Of a DNA stretch of 64,000 bases, positions 13,436 to 27,500 are shown one piece after another. Under the pieces are notes generated by a model, which did no database searches, had not been told where the DNA came from, and saw only the letters and a program-made list of their open reading frames with translations. The stretch comes from Blasia pusilla (Eukaryota), in the NCBI GenBank assembly GCA_050084515.1, contig CM114271.1, positions 10,044,001 to 10,108,000 of the forward strand, read 5' to 3'. The position numbers were made by a program, and so were the translations under genes. Positions within the stretch are counted from its first letter, which is position 1. Each line of letters opens with the position of its first letter.

Positions 13436-16400
13436 TACATAAGCAGAATTATAATGTCTGGAAATTTTGTATGAAAAAATTTCTCATAGGTTAAGAAATA
13501 TGGTAGTTTTTTACAAGTGATGAGGTCAAACCAGAAGATGACTCAACAAACTTGAATGTTCGCGCTTGAAACAAGTGTGCAAAGCAAGTAATTCACTACA
13601 TTTCAACAACAATCAATTTACCAAAAATTGGTCATATTCAAGATGTTGAAATTCTAAAAGAGTACTTGGATGCATTGGAAAACTTTTTCGAGATATCTAC
13701 AAAGGCTAAAAAGATTCAATTGAAACAACAATTGAATGAAGTGAGGAAAGGATTGCAAAGCATCAATGACAATGTTTTGAGTATTAGACATATTGTTCAT
13801 TAATTGAATAACATTGGAAGGATTGTAGAAGATGATGATATGATTTTGTTTACTCTTCAAGGCCTTCCCAAAGATTACAAGTCTTTTGAGACTTCTATGC
13901 CTATGAGAGAAATATCAAATATTTCAAGAATTAGTTCCACTATTAAGTAGTGAGGAGATGTGCTTAGTAGGCAAGGACACATCATCTAGTATGCAAGAGA
14001 GTGCGTTATTTGCAGGTAATGGATAAAAAAAAGATAGAGATCGTGGAAAAGCTTCTGCGGTCTTTGTGGATATCAAGCATATAGAGAAAGAGGCACTCAA
14101 CATAACCCACTCAATCAACTACGAACCAGTACCAGACACAATCAGAAAGTGGTGATGGTGGAAACCATTGGGATCAAGGTTAACAACATAGGGTCCCTAG
14201 ATCTTGCAATTACTATGGAATAAAAGGTCATTATGCAAAGTTTTGCTTCAAGAAGAAGGCATATATGAGAACGGGAGCCTGATAACAACAAAACTATGTT
14301 GAGCAACAACACCAAGGAAAAGATCAAGAATAACAACATTTATAAATTGAGCATCTCTTTGTTATGACTCCTCGTATAGGAGCAATGGTCAAAAAAGATT
14401 CGACAACAAATGGGTACATCGATCCAAGTGCATAAAATCACATGATCTCACAAGCTAAATGGTTCAGCAGTATAGAATCGGTGAAAGATCTTGCAATAGT
14501 GCTCATAAGAGATGATACTTAACATCATATCATTCATACTCATAAAGTTCCAATAGCATCAGATGGTCTTTGTGCTCTTGGAAATATTCTCTATGTTCCT
14601 ACAATGGCAAGAAATTAGAACTCTATAGGATAAATAGTAGAAGAGGATTATCATATGAAGTTTAGTACAGATGGTTGTTTCATTGAAACAATGAATGATC
14701 AAACTATGATAGCCAAAGAAACAAGATCTAGAAAAATGTTCAAATTATATGTTTCTATGCCAGAAACTCAAATTAGATGTTTCTATGGCAGAGATTCAAA
14801 CAATAATTTATGGTCAAATTGGCCAACAAGTCATAGATCTAAATGTGTGGCATAAGATAATTGAGCATATGAAGCTTCAAAAATTACAGAATCTTTCATC
14901 ATCTAATCTAGTAATAGGACTTCCTAAATTATAGAGTCCTACTATATTAGAGATATGCCCTACTTGCCAATTTGGAAAACAAACTAAATGTCAATTTCCA
15001 AAGCAAGGTAGAAGAGCATACAAGATATTGGAGTTGATTTACAATGATGTGTGGACAACATTACAATGTAGCCTTAGTGGTTTCTAGTACTTTGTTTCAT
15101 TTATTGATGACTTATCTAAGTATATATGGGTAAACTTTTTGAAAGCTAAGTCAGAGGTATTCTCTGTGTTCCAAATATTCAAAATTCTAGTAGAGAAGCA
15201 GACTGGATAACACATTTTGAAACTGCGTTGTGATGGAGGAGGAGAGTATCTTCAACAGAGTTTAATGACTACTTATATAAGATTGGAATCTAACTATAGG
15301 TGACTTGCCGTTATACTCCATAACAAAATGAAGTGGCTGAGAGGAAGAATTGATATATTGCTGAGGCGGCATGTGCTATGCTGAATAAGAAGACCATGCC
15401 TAAGGTGTATTGTGTAGAGGTTGTAGTGTGTGTAATCTTCTTAATCAATGGAACTCCAACAATAGGATTTTATGATAAGACTCCATTCAAAGTCTTCACA
15501 TGAAGTAAACGTGATTTCTCCTTCCTTATAGTATTTGGCTGTATTTGTTATGTTTATGTTCCTTCTAAAAGATGTCAATAATTAGACCCCTAATCTGAAA
15601 GTTATATCTTCATTGGCTAAGGAGTATAAGTGCTACATTCCATCCTCTTGGCAGCTTATTATTAGTCACGATGTTATTTTTTATGAGCTAAAGTCATGGT
15701 ATGCTCCATCTCAGTATATTCCACCTTTAAACTCGTTCGTTGAGGGGGAGAATATGATTATAAAAAAAAATATTGCCTAAAAATTCCCCAAGTTCTAGTG
15801 TAGGATTATGAGAGGTCCTAGGTTCTTCAATTAAATCTATCAATCTATGATCAGGAAGAGTACGTATTCATTGTGTGGACACTACTTAGAGCCCAAGCTA
15901 GATGTTAGAGGCATCCATTTTTGGACAACAACTTTGTAGATCAAGTAGAATCACACATCATATTCATAGATTCATAAATGAAGAATCCCTTGTAACACAT
16001 CATGCATAAATGATGAATATCCTTCAAGAATAGGAACAAAGTTTTTTTTAAGAAGGTGCATGTAAGGTTGAATGGATTGAAGCTAGGGAGGAAGAACTTG
16101 TTGCATTAAGATATCGACAAACCTAGGAGCGGGTGATATACCTTCCGATAAGGAAGCTATTGGTGGCAAATAGATTTACAAATTCAGGTGTAATCAAGAT
16201 GGTACAGTGAACACATAGAAATCCAAATTGGTAACCAAGGGTTATACACAACAATATGACATCGATTATGAGAAGACATTTAGCCATGTTGCAAAGATGG
16301 CGACTACGAGAACAGTGGTTGTAGTTGGAGTAAGTAAGAACTCGAGATTACATCAAATGGATGTAAAGAATGCCTTCTAGAATAGAGACCTATATGAGAA

Positions 16401-18842
16401 GGTGTATAGGGCTCAACGACTTGGTATGAGCTTCCAAAATTTCCATTCCACGTACCTATGGTAAAGAAAGCTCTATATAGGCTTAAGCAAGCTCAAAGAG
16501 CTTGACATGGCAAGATTATATATGTACTACAAGAATTAGGCTTTAGGGTATGTGATTCTGACTCCTCGCTATATGTCTTGAGAGGACAAAGTTGTACACT
16601 TATCATTTGATTACTATGAGTATTAAAGATATGGTACAACAAGTCAAGTTAAAGTTACATGCATAATTTGATATGAAAGACATAGGAGAACTTAAGTACT
16701 TCCTTGGTGTTGAGTTTATCATGGTTGGAGAGGGCATGTGGTCTCTACAATAATAATATGCTCTTCACATGCTTTCAAAACATGGTATGAGGGCTTGTAA
16801 GCCAATCTCTATACCATTGGACTAGAGTGTGAATGTGAGAGTGGATGAAGGAGAGTTGTTTGTAGATTCTAATATGCACAGGCGCATGGTTGGAAGTTTG
16901 ATCTATCTAACTATAACCATACCACACTTAAGTTATGCTGTTGGCCTAGTGAGCCAATTTATGCAAGCACCTCGAAAACCTCACCTTGATGATGTGATGA
17001 GGATTATGGGATATGTAAAATTCTTTGTTCAATTTGGGCTTCAATTTGACCCTTCTTTGAGTTTACAATTACAGGGATTCAGAGATGCTGATTCGGTTGG
17101 AAGCGTCTCTGATAGAGACTTCACATCTGGTTATTCATATTATATTGGGAAGCGCAATTATGAGTTGGGCTTCAAAGAAGCAATCTACAGTTGCTTTATC
17201 TTCAATAGAGGCTACGTAGAGAGGAGCAACCAATGCAGCATGTGAGGTAGTGTGGCTTTATCGATTACTTGTTGAGATTGGTGTTAGTAACTTAAGACCT
17301 TGTGTAATATATGCATAAAATATTGGTTTATTAGTAGTATCAAGCTTGCTAATAACTATGTGTTTCATGCTCAAATAAAGCATGTTGAGGCGCACTACCA
17401 TTTTATCAAAGAGAAAGTGCTTGCAAAAGAAATTGATCTTATGTACATAGGTATAGATCAACAAATTGTTGATATCTTTACAAAGGCATTGTCTAGAGAT
17501 AAGTTTGAGATTTTAAGAAATGATTTAGATGTTAGAGATATCGATATGAGCTTGATGAAGAGTTTTGAAGATTGAGTTATAGTCAAGCTCATCGAAAATC
17601 CAAAATGCTATATTTGGTACTTTCATGAAGTAGGAAAGTTTAATCTTACTTAGTTAGTAAAGCATGATTATCTTAATTAGGGTTAGTTAATCAAAGTTAG
17701 TCTAACTCAACATTATAGTTAGAACTAGGGTTAGGGTTTCTTGTATATACCCTATATAGTTGAGAAGGGGGACCAAATTCCACTCATTCTCTCATTGCAA
17801 AATTTTGTTCTCCATGGTGTTGTGCGAGTGTGAGAGTTTTATCCCATAATTTATACATCTTTAGTAGTTTTCTACATCTATTGGGAAATTCCTTTGGGGC
17901 CGCTCCTTATGGCCGTCAACCCAACTATCATTATGATAACTTAGGGGTGTTTTCTCAATATTCATGTGTTTTTCTGGATCTGAAGTGTGTTGGAATCATC
18001 TTCTTGTAAGCTCTCCAACGACATCTTATTCATTCCAAAGGCATCTTGGTTCTAGTTGTTATGATCTCAAACACGGAGGATCCCCAAATGCTTAGTCAAG
18101 TTCCAAGTCAGGTTGCAATCCCCTTGGCGCCCATCTCTTGTGGGACTTGAGCTCCTCTGAAGTTGGAATTTCATCTTTTTCTACTAGCTCATGACCATCA
18201 TCACTTGAGATGCCCAACAATGTTTGTGTCTCGCTTGTACAACTCATGTCTTACTTGAGAGACTACAAAGTTCTTCCATCTTAGTGTGAGCCCACTAGAG
18301 TTCTAATGTTCCACATTGGCGTAAGTTTGGCTACGAGGATTGCAACACTCTCCCGTATTTAGAGGTTGATGCCCTCATCAATGCAAACCTTTAATTTCAA
18401 GCATCCCACTTGTTTATAAGGTCCAAAACATGTATTACTTTTGGATAATTATATATTGAATTTGACTTAGGTGCATCACTAAGTTTACTCATGACATCAC
18501 AAGTAAGATCACCCCAAACCCCAAAATAGAGTGATTAGCCTCGCCGACGCTAGGGCGAGCCCAAATGTTGGCTCCCCAACACTCGATCTTGTTCTAAATC
18601 ATTATCCAAATCCAATTTCTCTTCTCAAATATGCCTTGCATCTCCTCTTGATATACATCCTAAGCACACGAGGAATACTCAATCGGATGCACTACCACAA
18701 AAAATTGCAATCTTCAACTTATGCATCGGATATCAAAATCCATGCACCACTTTATTGCAAAACTAGCACAATGTAGTTTCAATGACTTTTGAGCTACTCA
18801 AGCTCCAATGGTCACAAGTTATGTCCCAAGTATTTCCATATG

Positions 18843-19330
18843 CTAATGCATGTGCTTTCCTTGCATCCGTTTGAAGTCTTGTAAAACCTCTTGAGCATGT
18901 TCCAAATCGGCTTCAACGATCCAAGTTTCCTCCTTTACGTAGTAGTTCTTCCACTTGATCAAGTTCTCATACTTATTGGCCCTACGTTTTGAATGCAAGA
19001 TGGTCTCCACCTCAAACTCTGATTCATCTTTGATGATTATCGATTGGAGTCTCAACATTTGCCTGCGCTTGAGACGTACATTATTTTTTAAGAACCTCTT
19101 CAATAATGACACATGGAAGTTTGGGTGAATCTTCAATTCTTTGGGTAGCTCCAATGTGTAAACATCCTCAAACGAGTTGGCCTTGACCACATACGGTCCA
19201 ACATACTTGGTGGACAACTCTTTTGGAAGAGAGAGATTCTTCAAACTCAACCACACTTTCTTTCCCTCTTAGAATCTCACTTGGCATTAACTTTTGTTAG
19301 GATTCTTCACATACCTTAGCCAAACCTTCA
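18843..19330 (-). pseudogene. Chromovirus Gypsy integrase C-terminus with chromodomain
   Basis: KYVGPY...IHPNFHVSLLK...EFEVETILHSKRR...LIKWKNY..EETW. A PPT-like GGGAGAG-TGTTGCA lies on the minus strand at about 18341-18355. Confidence 0.85.
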
Positions 19331-20358
19331 CAAGACTCTCTCTTGCTCATTTTTGCATGTGCTTGTTTTTCCAATTACAAACTCTATGTTGCGTCCATAA
19401 GCCAAAAGAAAAGGATTATGCATTTATAAAATGCCTGATCGAGTTGTCACGTATTTTAGGATAGATCGACGAGATCTAGTAGAGAGCCTTGGGAGGTAGT
19501 GGGCGACAACCTCAAGAGGTCAAGAATGATCTGTTGAGTCCACGCGGAACTTGAGAGAGCAAGTCTTATCTTCATTTTTGCTCATTTGGAGCCATATAGA
19601 TCTTATTTAGGATAAGTTTCCATATAGAGTATATTTGACTTTACACTTTGGGAGAGGGGGGGGGACCTTGACTAACTACAGCAGGTCAAGCCAAGGAGGT
19701 GATTTGCGTGCATAGGTTTCCGTGGAGAGAGCTTGGGAGAGGGAAGGGGATATACTTCCAAGTGTCACATTTGAGTAGTCGATAGGCCGAGATCTATTGT
19801 GGATAGGGCGTAGGAGCCAGCGAAGTGTCTTGAGTGTAACTTTGTCCTGTGGTGTCGGATGAGGTTGAGGATAGGTCCGCTGTGTCAAGAATGTCATTTC
19901 TTACAACTTTCTTATTGGGGTCTTTCACAATTGGGTGACTTGTTGAGCAGGTCACCCGCCTCTAGTAATTTATGCGCGCAAGTTACCAAGAGGATAGCCA
20001 TTTTTAGGGAAGAATCTTTTGGCTCTTCCCAACCTTATATAAGGAAGGAAGATGGCTTTCCCAAGCCATCTTTCTCATGTTGGGCCGTTGGAGCACCTCT
20101 CTTGTATGTGTGTGAGATAGGACTAGGATGCTAGCGTTCGGATTCCTTGATAGCGTAGGGTGGACGAGGCTCGATATGCCAATGTAGATTGAGGAGTGGA
20201 GTTTTAGGCCGGGTGTGCCATTTTTACTACTCTTTATTTTTGTTCTGTGATCTCCATATATATGTATGAATTGATTTCTGTACATGTGTGGATCTACCCG
20301 TGTGTGGGGAAGATTAGTGTTGTGTGATGTAGATGTGACCAGCGATATGTATGTGCAC

Positions 20359-20530
<172 letters not shown>

Positions 20531-23500
20531 GTGATGGAGAGATCCACTTGATTTACAAAGAGAGAATGACGATTTGAGAGCTATAATGGAGGAGCTCTGT
20601 GGTGCTCGTTGTGTGTTGGAGATTGGGAACCGTGTTCCTTGCTTCATGGTTCATGGGAGTGCTCACGGGGGCAAGAGTCATGGAGTTTTATGTTTTCCGT
20701 TGCTCATTTTTTGTACGGGAGAGTGGCTTGCGGAAGTGCTGCCCAATTTCTGGTAGAAATTGAGTATGGGGGCCGATTGCTCCATATTGCTATTCTTAGG
20801 GGCACCATATAGCTTTCTGATTGTTGTTTTTTTAGGATTGAGGTTTGCTTTGAGAGAAATTAGCATCGAAGCGCTGCCAACATTTATGTAGGAGAGTAGA
20901 TTAAAGGGTTGTACGATAGTCCCCATCAATTGTTTTCGGAAGCTCCAATAAAAAACATTTGACGATATTGTTGATCAAGAAGCTATGCCTACTATGGAAG
21001 AAATGCTGTGCAATTTAGAGTTGTGAGCAGAAAGTTATGGCTGATTTTGCAAAGTGCCATAGCTAGACAGTTTTTAAGGTAAAATTTTCTCAAACCCTAA
21101 ACCAGCTGTTGCGCCGGCGGTGCCATCACCATCACCTTCGCTGTTGCCACCGTTTCCGCCATTGTTTAGGGCTGTGTTCGACCATCACCATTGAGGGTTA
21201 CGTTGGGCGGCCGCTGCTAGTTACCGCCCCCGTTTGCTGCTAGCGCTATTCAAGGCCATATCAGGCCGCCACCATTCAGGGCCACGTCGGGCCACCGCCG
21301 TGGAATTTGGTTGAGTCTGTACGCGTCACTGCCACTTGTGCACTTCCCAACTCAAACAAGGAGACCTTTTGGTTCATGGGGTTCCAATTTTCTTTTCGCT
21401 TTGCTATATCTTGAGGTTGTAGGTGCTCCGTGACGACCGAGTACCGGTGATGTGACGCTCGTAGCCGCACCACACCGCCGATTGCCCCGTCGTACTACTC
21501 ATGGCTGTATTGCACCATCTCAATCACGGTGTCGCTCCATCACTAGGGAGCAGAGCATGTGTTGTTGAATGAGGAGTTTATGCCATTTAGTGCCGCACCC
21601 CATTCTCGAGTGTCGTGTTGTTTGTATCTATTCCGTGACGCCAGTGCCCACACCGCACATTAAGGAGATTTAAGCATCATTAGTACCACATGAGGATGAT
21701 TGGAGAAGTTTGTCTTCACAATCGAGTTAGGGTTGAGATTTCCAATTTCTGATGAGCAACATTGAAATTTATTAAGGTTACTTATTTTGGTCTTTTTCCT
21801 TGCACGTGTGAGGGATTTTGAGAATTGGGTAGTTATTTGGGGATATTGAGGTTTTTGCAGATGCTGAGAGAATCATTGATGTATATGGTTTAGGGGACAT
21901 AGACTTATGTGGGATGTCTAGAGTTGAGGGTATGTTGTGTTGATGAGATGATAGCACACTAAACGGTTTTTTGCACCACGCCGCTTGTTGCCGCACACTA
22001 CACGTCTCAATAAGAGGGAATGTAGATTGAGTGCCGCATGTTTGGGTTGAGTGATTGAGAGATTACTCGTAAGATTGAGAGTGATCGCATGAGAGAGGCA
22101 CGAGGGTCATCACGGCATCCTTTCGGAACTTTGAGAGGAGAGGCGGTGGATCTAAGAGTAGCTCTCGAGGTTTTACTCGGAATGGCGCGAGGTTTCGAGG
22201 GGCGCCACATGAGGGACAACCTCGAACCCCGAACCCCTTCTGTGTCATCTTTAGAGAAAGGTGAGGGCGTAGAGGAGTTTGTGAGCACATCACCAGATAC
22301 AATGAGTGGTCCTACTATCTAGGAGTACGAGATGGACGATCGGGATGGAGGACCGCATAGGGTTTTGGTTACTATAGGTACCATAGAGTTACACGACTTC
22401 ATCGTAAAGTTGGTGTGATTCAAAGTGGGCTAGGAACTCTAGAGACTTCAACCCATTTACAACATGGAATGGAATGTTCCAGCATTTAGAGGGGGCATCT
22501 AGGGACGATTACCATGAATTATCCCGGAGATATGCCCATGAGATTCAGGCATGGAGACTCCATTATGACCCGCACTATGTGTCACGGAGTGAGCCATTTT
22601 TGGAAAAGGAAGAGATGTTAGGAGAGGCTACTTCCTCTTCCACCAATAATGTGTTAGGAGGGGTGAGTCGGACTAGAGCAATTATATCGTCCAGTCAGGT
22701 TCAACTCCATGCTTGAGTTCTTTGCGGAGTTGCGGATGAATTACCATGGGGTATGGACAGAGAAGTTGCGCAACATCCACAACTTCCATAGATGCACAAG
22801 TGAGAGTTTATGCGCGTGAAGCATTCACTTGCTTGCATTGGTTGATTAGCGTCACTTAGGGGGTGATAAAGTCCCAGTCTATCTAGGCATGGTACGCGAT
22901 GCTGGATCGAGACCTATGGAAATGGGTGAGGGATGGGGTACTTCTTATGCACACCTCATCTATGTTGAGAGATGTTTTTTAGGTCATGGAGTGTATTGAG
23001 CGTAACATGGCCGAGGAGAGCGTAGCAGCCATAGGTTTCGTGCGAGAGGAGTCACGATTTCTTGCACCACCAATGCAGTAATGTGGATTACAAGAGAGGA
23101 CTATGGCATCATAAGCTCTGGGAGGATATTGGGAGTCTGTGCCATAGAGACTTGCGCCATCATATGCGGTGCATCAATATCTGCCACGAATTATTTGTTC
23201 AGCATGTGGTGGAGCCCATTACGGTGCGATTGCATCCGTCACGGAAGTAGACGCGTGCCTCAACATGGAGGAGGAGATGGGTATGCATGAGGAGTTTACC
23301 AGTGTGATCTTTGTGAGAGGTATGGTCATACACGTGCGTAATGTTTTAGCCTACACCTTGAGTTACATCCAGACCGAGTGCCAGAGAGGGCACCCGAGAG
23401 AGTTTTCGGTCTTGGAGAGCCTAGAGGTCGTGCGCCTGGTGGTTTCACTAGGGACATGGATTTGGATTTGCTTGAGGGGGTGTTGGGGTTGCCCACAAAG

Positions 23501-24541
23501 GAGGATAGGTTTGCCACCTAGACGTATTGAGGGAGACGTGGGGCGTGAGGCTAGGATGGTTGCTCAAACACAGCAATTGCAACAGCTGATTTCAGTAGTG
23601 GCGTTAAGGTTACCCGACGCCAGAACAATGGCATCGACACCTTATGGAGAAGCATAGAAATGGAGGATCTTGGTTGGATATGCACGGCTGTACAAATGGA
23701 GGCATCCGTTTGTGTTACGCGTGGAGCAGTTGCATAGTTGGATCCACAAAGAGGGGAGGCCAGAAAACAGACCCGGCTTCCTCTATCTATCACGTTGTCC
23801 AAGGCGATGAAGACTCCATCAATGGGTCCTGATCAGAGTTCTTGGAGGATTGATGTTGTGGGTATGTAGGCACAAAGGGCGATGGGAGAAGTGAGTGTGA
23901 TGACTCCTACTGCATATGCTTATGTGGAGCCCTTGTCGAGTACGTTATTGGGGGTAGCCACTACTATGTACCGCGCCCCATTGTTTTTTGCTTTTGATGT
24001 TATGACTTTGGGAGGTATGCCAGCTGAGATTCCCGGATGGTCGCTATGCTATGTGAAGGTGGAGTTGGTTTTCTTGCATCACGATCAAAGGTGATTGAAG
24101 AGGAGGTGATGGACCTTCCCTTGGAGCCTGTGCTCGGGCTGTCCACCTCAAAGTGAGGAGCGGTAAGAGGAGAGGAAGAGAGGAGAGAGGAAACTAGGGT
24201 CAACCGAAATAGATACTCTTTTTTGAAGAGAGTTTCCGTTGGGTTGAAGAGAGGAAAATTTTTGTTTGAATTTTTTTGCACTTTTTTGTTCATATATTAA
24301 GCGATCCCACGCTTTTTTTTTTCCTCTTCCATATATTGGCAACCCTCTGAGTCCGACGAGTTGCAAATTGCACAAAATTTAGAAAACTGAAAAATCACTT
24401 TGGAATCATAAGTGTGGAACCAATCACTTTTTCCATCCAAGGTCTCAAATAATCATCATTTGCAGGGGCTGAATAGAGTTCAAGCTCGAAGTGAAGGTTG
24501 AGAAAAAAATAAAAGTACAATCTAAAACCTCCTTTGCATCC

Positions 24542-27500
24542 TCAAAGTGGTTTGTTTAAAATACTTCGAACTTCTTTGAGGGACAGAATTGGTTGGTGGA
24601 TTCCTACTCTTACCTCCGACTCTCTTAAAACTACCAGCAACACATAGTACATGTGCTTACAAGGGAAATACCTTTTGCCACTTGTCTCTCTTTGGACAAA
24701 GTCATCACATGAACATGTGGGAAAGCAACAGATGTGCACCACATACACCCCTGTGACACTTGAATTTACAATGTTGTTCTTGACCCAATACAACCTTCCT
24801 ATTCCATTGCCACTCAAGACATCTTTCGTGGCGATGATCTCCATTTTTGCCTCCCGAGCTCCTGCAATTCGCTTTGCTCTCTCCACCGTTGGCCTGCACA
24901 TTCTGTTTCTCTTCACCCCATTTATAGACTCAAACAAAAATAATGGATTGAGATCATCCACCTTCTCCGGGTACATGTTGACATCAATCTTGGGTTGAAT
25001 ACAAAATTGCGAAGGTCTCTGTAATGCGAACATGCTCCGAACTTCCCCCGTCTACGAGTCTGAAACCGGCACTTGTAAGATTGTCCACTTCGTCTTGAGT
25101 GCAGTTCGTGCCTGCGGCGATGAGCCAAATCGTGGGGGTATTCCCGGGAGCTCCAATGGCAGCCGGATAAGACTTCCGAAAGCGCAAGATTCATTTGGGC
25201 AGAAGAAGTACTTCAATTGATCCCCGGTTCTCGTGAAACGATCAAAGGTTTTGAGTCCCCAAAACCCAGGCAGAGGTCGTCCAGTCCTTGTACAGTTCTT
25301 ATTTAGGAAATTGCCGCATGCTCTCCTAATGCCATCAGATCCTGCCCTACATATGGGTCCACGTCCTGGGTTGCTCCGAGACATATGCCACCATTTTAGG
25401 TTGCAATCCACCTCCATTACCGGAATCCCATATTGTTGAACCACCCCAGTGACAGGATGTTGCGAACTTCCTGCAACGGAGGGCTTTTGAAATAAAACAT
25501 TCACTGATTTTGGAGAAGTAACTCCATCACGGATTTGGGACGAGTCCGGGGTCCCCGAATACCTGGGCGGTGTAACTTCCTCATCCAAATCAATCACCAG
25601 ATTCGTTCCTCGATGCTGCCTCTTCACCTGCCTGAAGTCAAGATACTTATCTGGTCTCCACGAGTCTCGTTCGGACTGCTCTACCACCATCTGCATGAGA
25701 CGTCTTGAAACCCGCCCATGAAAATCCCCACCTATGTGTACGTCTTGCTCGAGTGGAGTTCCAGCTACGCATCGGTTGAAGGCTTCGACATACAATTTTT
25801 CATCACCAGATCTCACAGCCGCCCTGACATAGAGCTCGTAGATCAACGGCCCTTTCCCTTTTGTTATGCCTTTTGTGAGAAAGATATGGGATGCTGCAGA
25901 CTGTAGCATTGCTCTTGCCTGGTCTTGTTGGCATGCCTCCACAAGTGAAATTTGTTGGCATGCTTGTGACGACCTCCAAGAGGAATGAACACTTTATGCT
26001 CCACTTGTGTTGGGGCAGAGGGCATTTTCATGAACGTTCAATCCCTGCAACGACGGCAATGTTAGAAGGGAACAAAAATAACTCAAGAGTCAAAGAAATA
26101 AGCGACTTGTCGGAACTAGACGGGTTGCAGGCCCGAGGCATCCCAGGAACGACTCTACGACCCGTCGGGTCCCGACGTGTTGTAACCTTAAACCCACCTA
26201 CTGCAATACGTTGGGTTGCAAGGCCGAGGCATCCCATGAACGACTCTGTGACCCGTTGGGTCCCGACGGGTTGCACACTCGGGTTGCACCAAACATCTGG
26301 ATGCAACCCATCGGGTTCCGTCAGGTTGCACACTCGGAAACCCGTCGGTTTCCGTCGGGTTGCACACTCGGCAACCCGTCGGTTTCCGTCGGGTTGCACA
26401 CTCGGGCAACCCGTTGCATCCGATAGCTTGCTTGGTTTCTTGGGTTTGAAATCCATATAATTCTCACGCTTCTCACCCTGAGCTACAACTTTACAAATAA
26501 TTCTCAGCGTGAGCTTGACAAGACAAAATAGTGAACTCACCTGCCGCATGAAGTTTCCCCATTGTCTCATACGTACAGTCCACCAACTCAACCAAGAGCA
26601 CAACTCTTTGTACTTCCCCTCAATTGCATGCTTCCTCCACCACCCATGAAGTTCTTCCTGGCATTCCATGGCCTGCTTGAAGGTTTTGTTGTCCTTGCAG
26701 TGTTGGAGTAGAGTGACATGCTCTGTCCTCTTATTCTCCTTGATGCAAGATTTGGTGTACCGGGTCACAGACTGTTGCCAATGGAAAGCATCCAACCTTT
26801 CCCTCTCCGGTTGAACCTCTCCACCCCAGAACACTTCCCGGATAGCAATCCACCCAGGTTGTGCATTGTCCGCCATGAACCCATAAATTTCCGGAGGTGG
26901 CCTTTTGTTTTCCTTCACCACCTCCAATAAGAGTAACCAGCACATCTTCAAACTGCCAACGTCTTCTGCCTTTACTTCACAAACAAATATAGTTTTGAGT
27001 CCCTTCTCCACATGGTCATAAACATGAGCACCCATCGTCAACCATCCGTTCAGCACTCTGTAGCAAATATCAAAGCTTACCCAGCTCCCGTAAAGATCTT
27101 CCCCTTCCCTCATTCGATCTATAAGATCGAGGCCACTCGACGGACCTGTGGTTGACATTTTGAAGACATAGGCCCTGGATCCCTCGCCTCCTTGGCCCAT
27201 GAACTGCCATCTGTGAATGAATGGAAATCTGGAGTTGGCCTTGATTCTGGCGATGGCATCCATTTCGGCCGTCTTTCCATCCGAACTCAGATCGACGCAA
27301 GACAAATTCGGAAGCATTCAAGATCAGCGAGAAATGCGAGATTTTCCCAGAGTTGTTTCTCCTCAACCGCCTTGATCTCGCCCTGTCCAGGGATTCCAAG
27401 CAATTGTTCACAAATTTGTGATGCCGTTGTGAGCTTGATCACTCCGAGCTTTGAACCCGGAGAGTTTGTGTAGACCTCGGCTACTTTCTTCGCCACATCC

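Larger units (their letters stand above)
7596..17876 (+). mobile_element. Old, heavily decayed Ty1/Copia element, interrupted by a younger Copia
   Basis: Related LTRs at 7596-7894 and 17563-17876, PBS TGGTATCATAG at 7895-7905. Degenerate gag/integrase/RT/RNase H at 13450-17575 (RMVGSLIYLTIT; KHVEAHYHFIKEKV; QIVDIFTKAL). No clean TSD. Confidence 0.85.

Noticed and set aside
26028-26540. C-terminal third of the 429-aa ORF as coding sequence
   Set aside because: It reads through a GT-AG intron filled with repeat cluster A. Splicing restores the transposase motif order.
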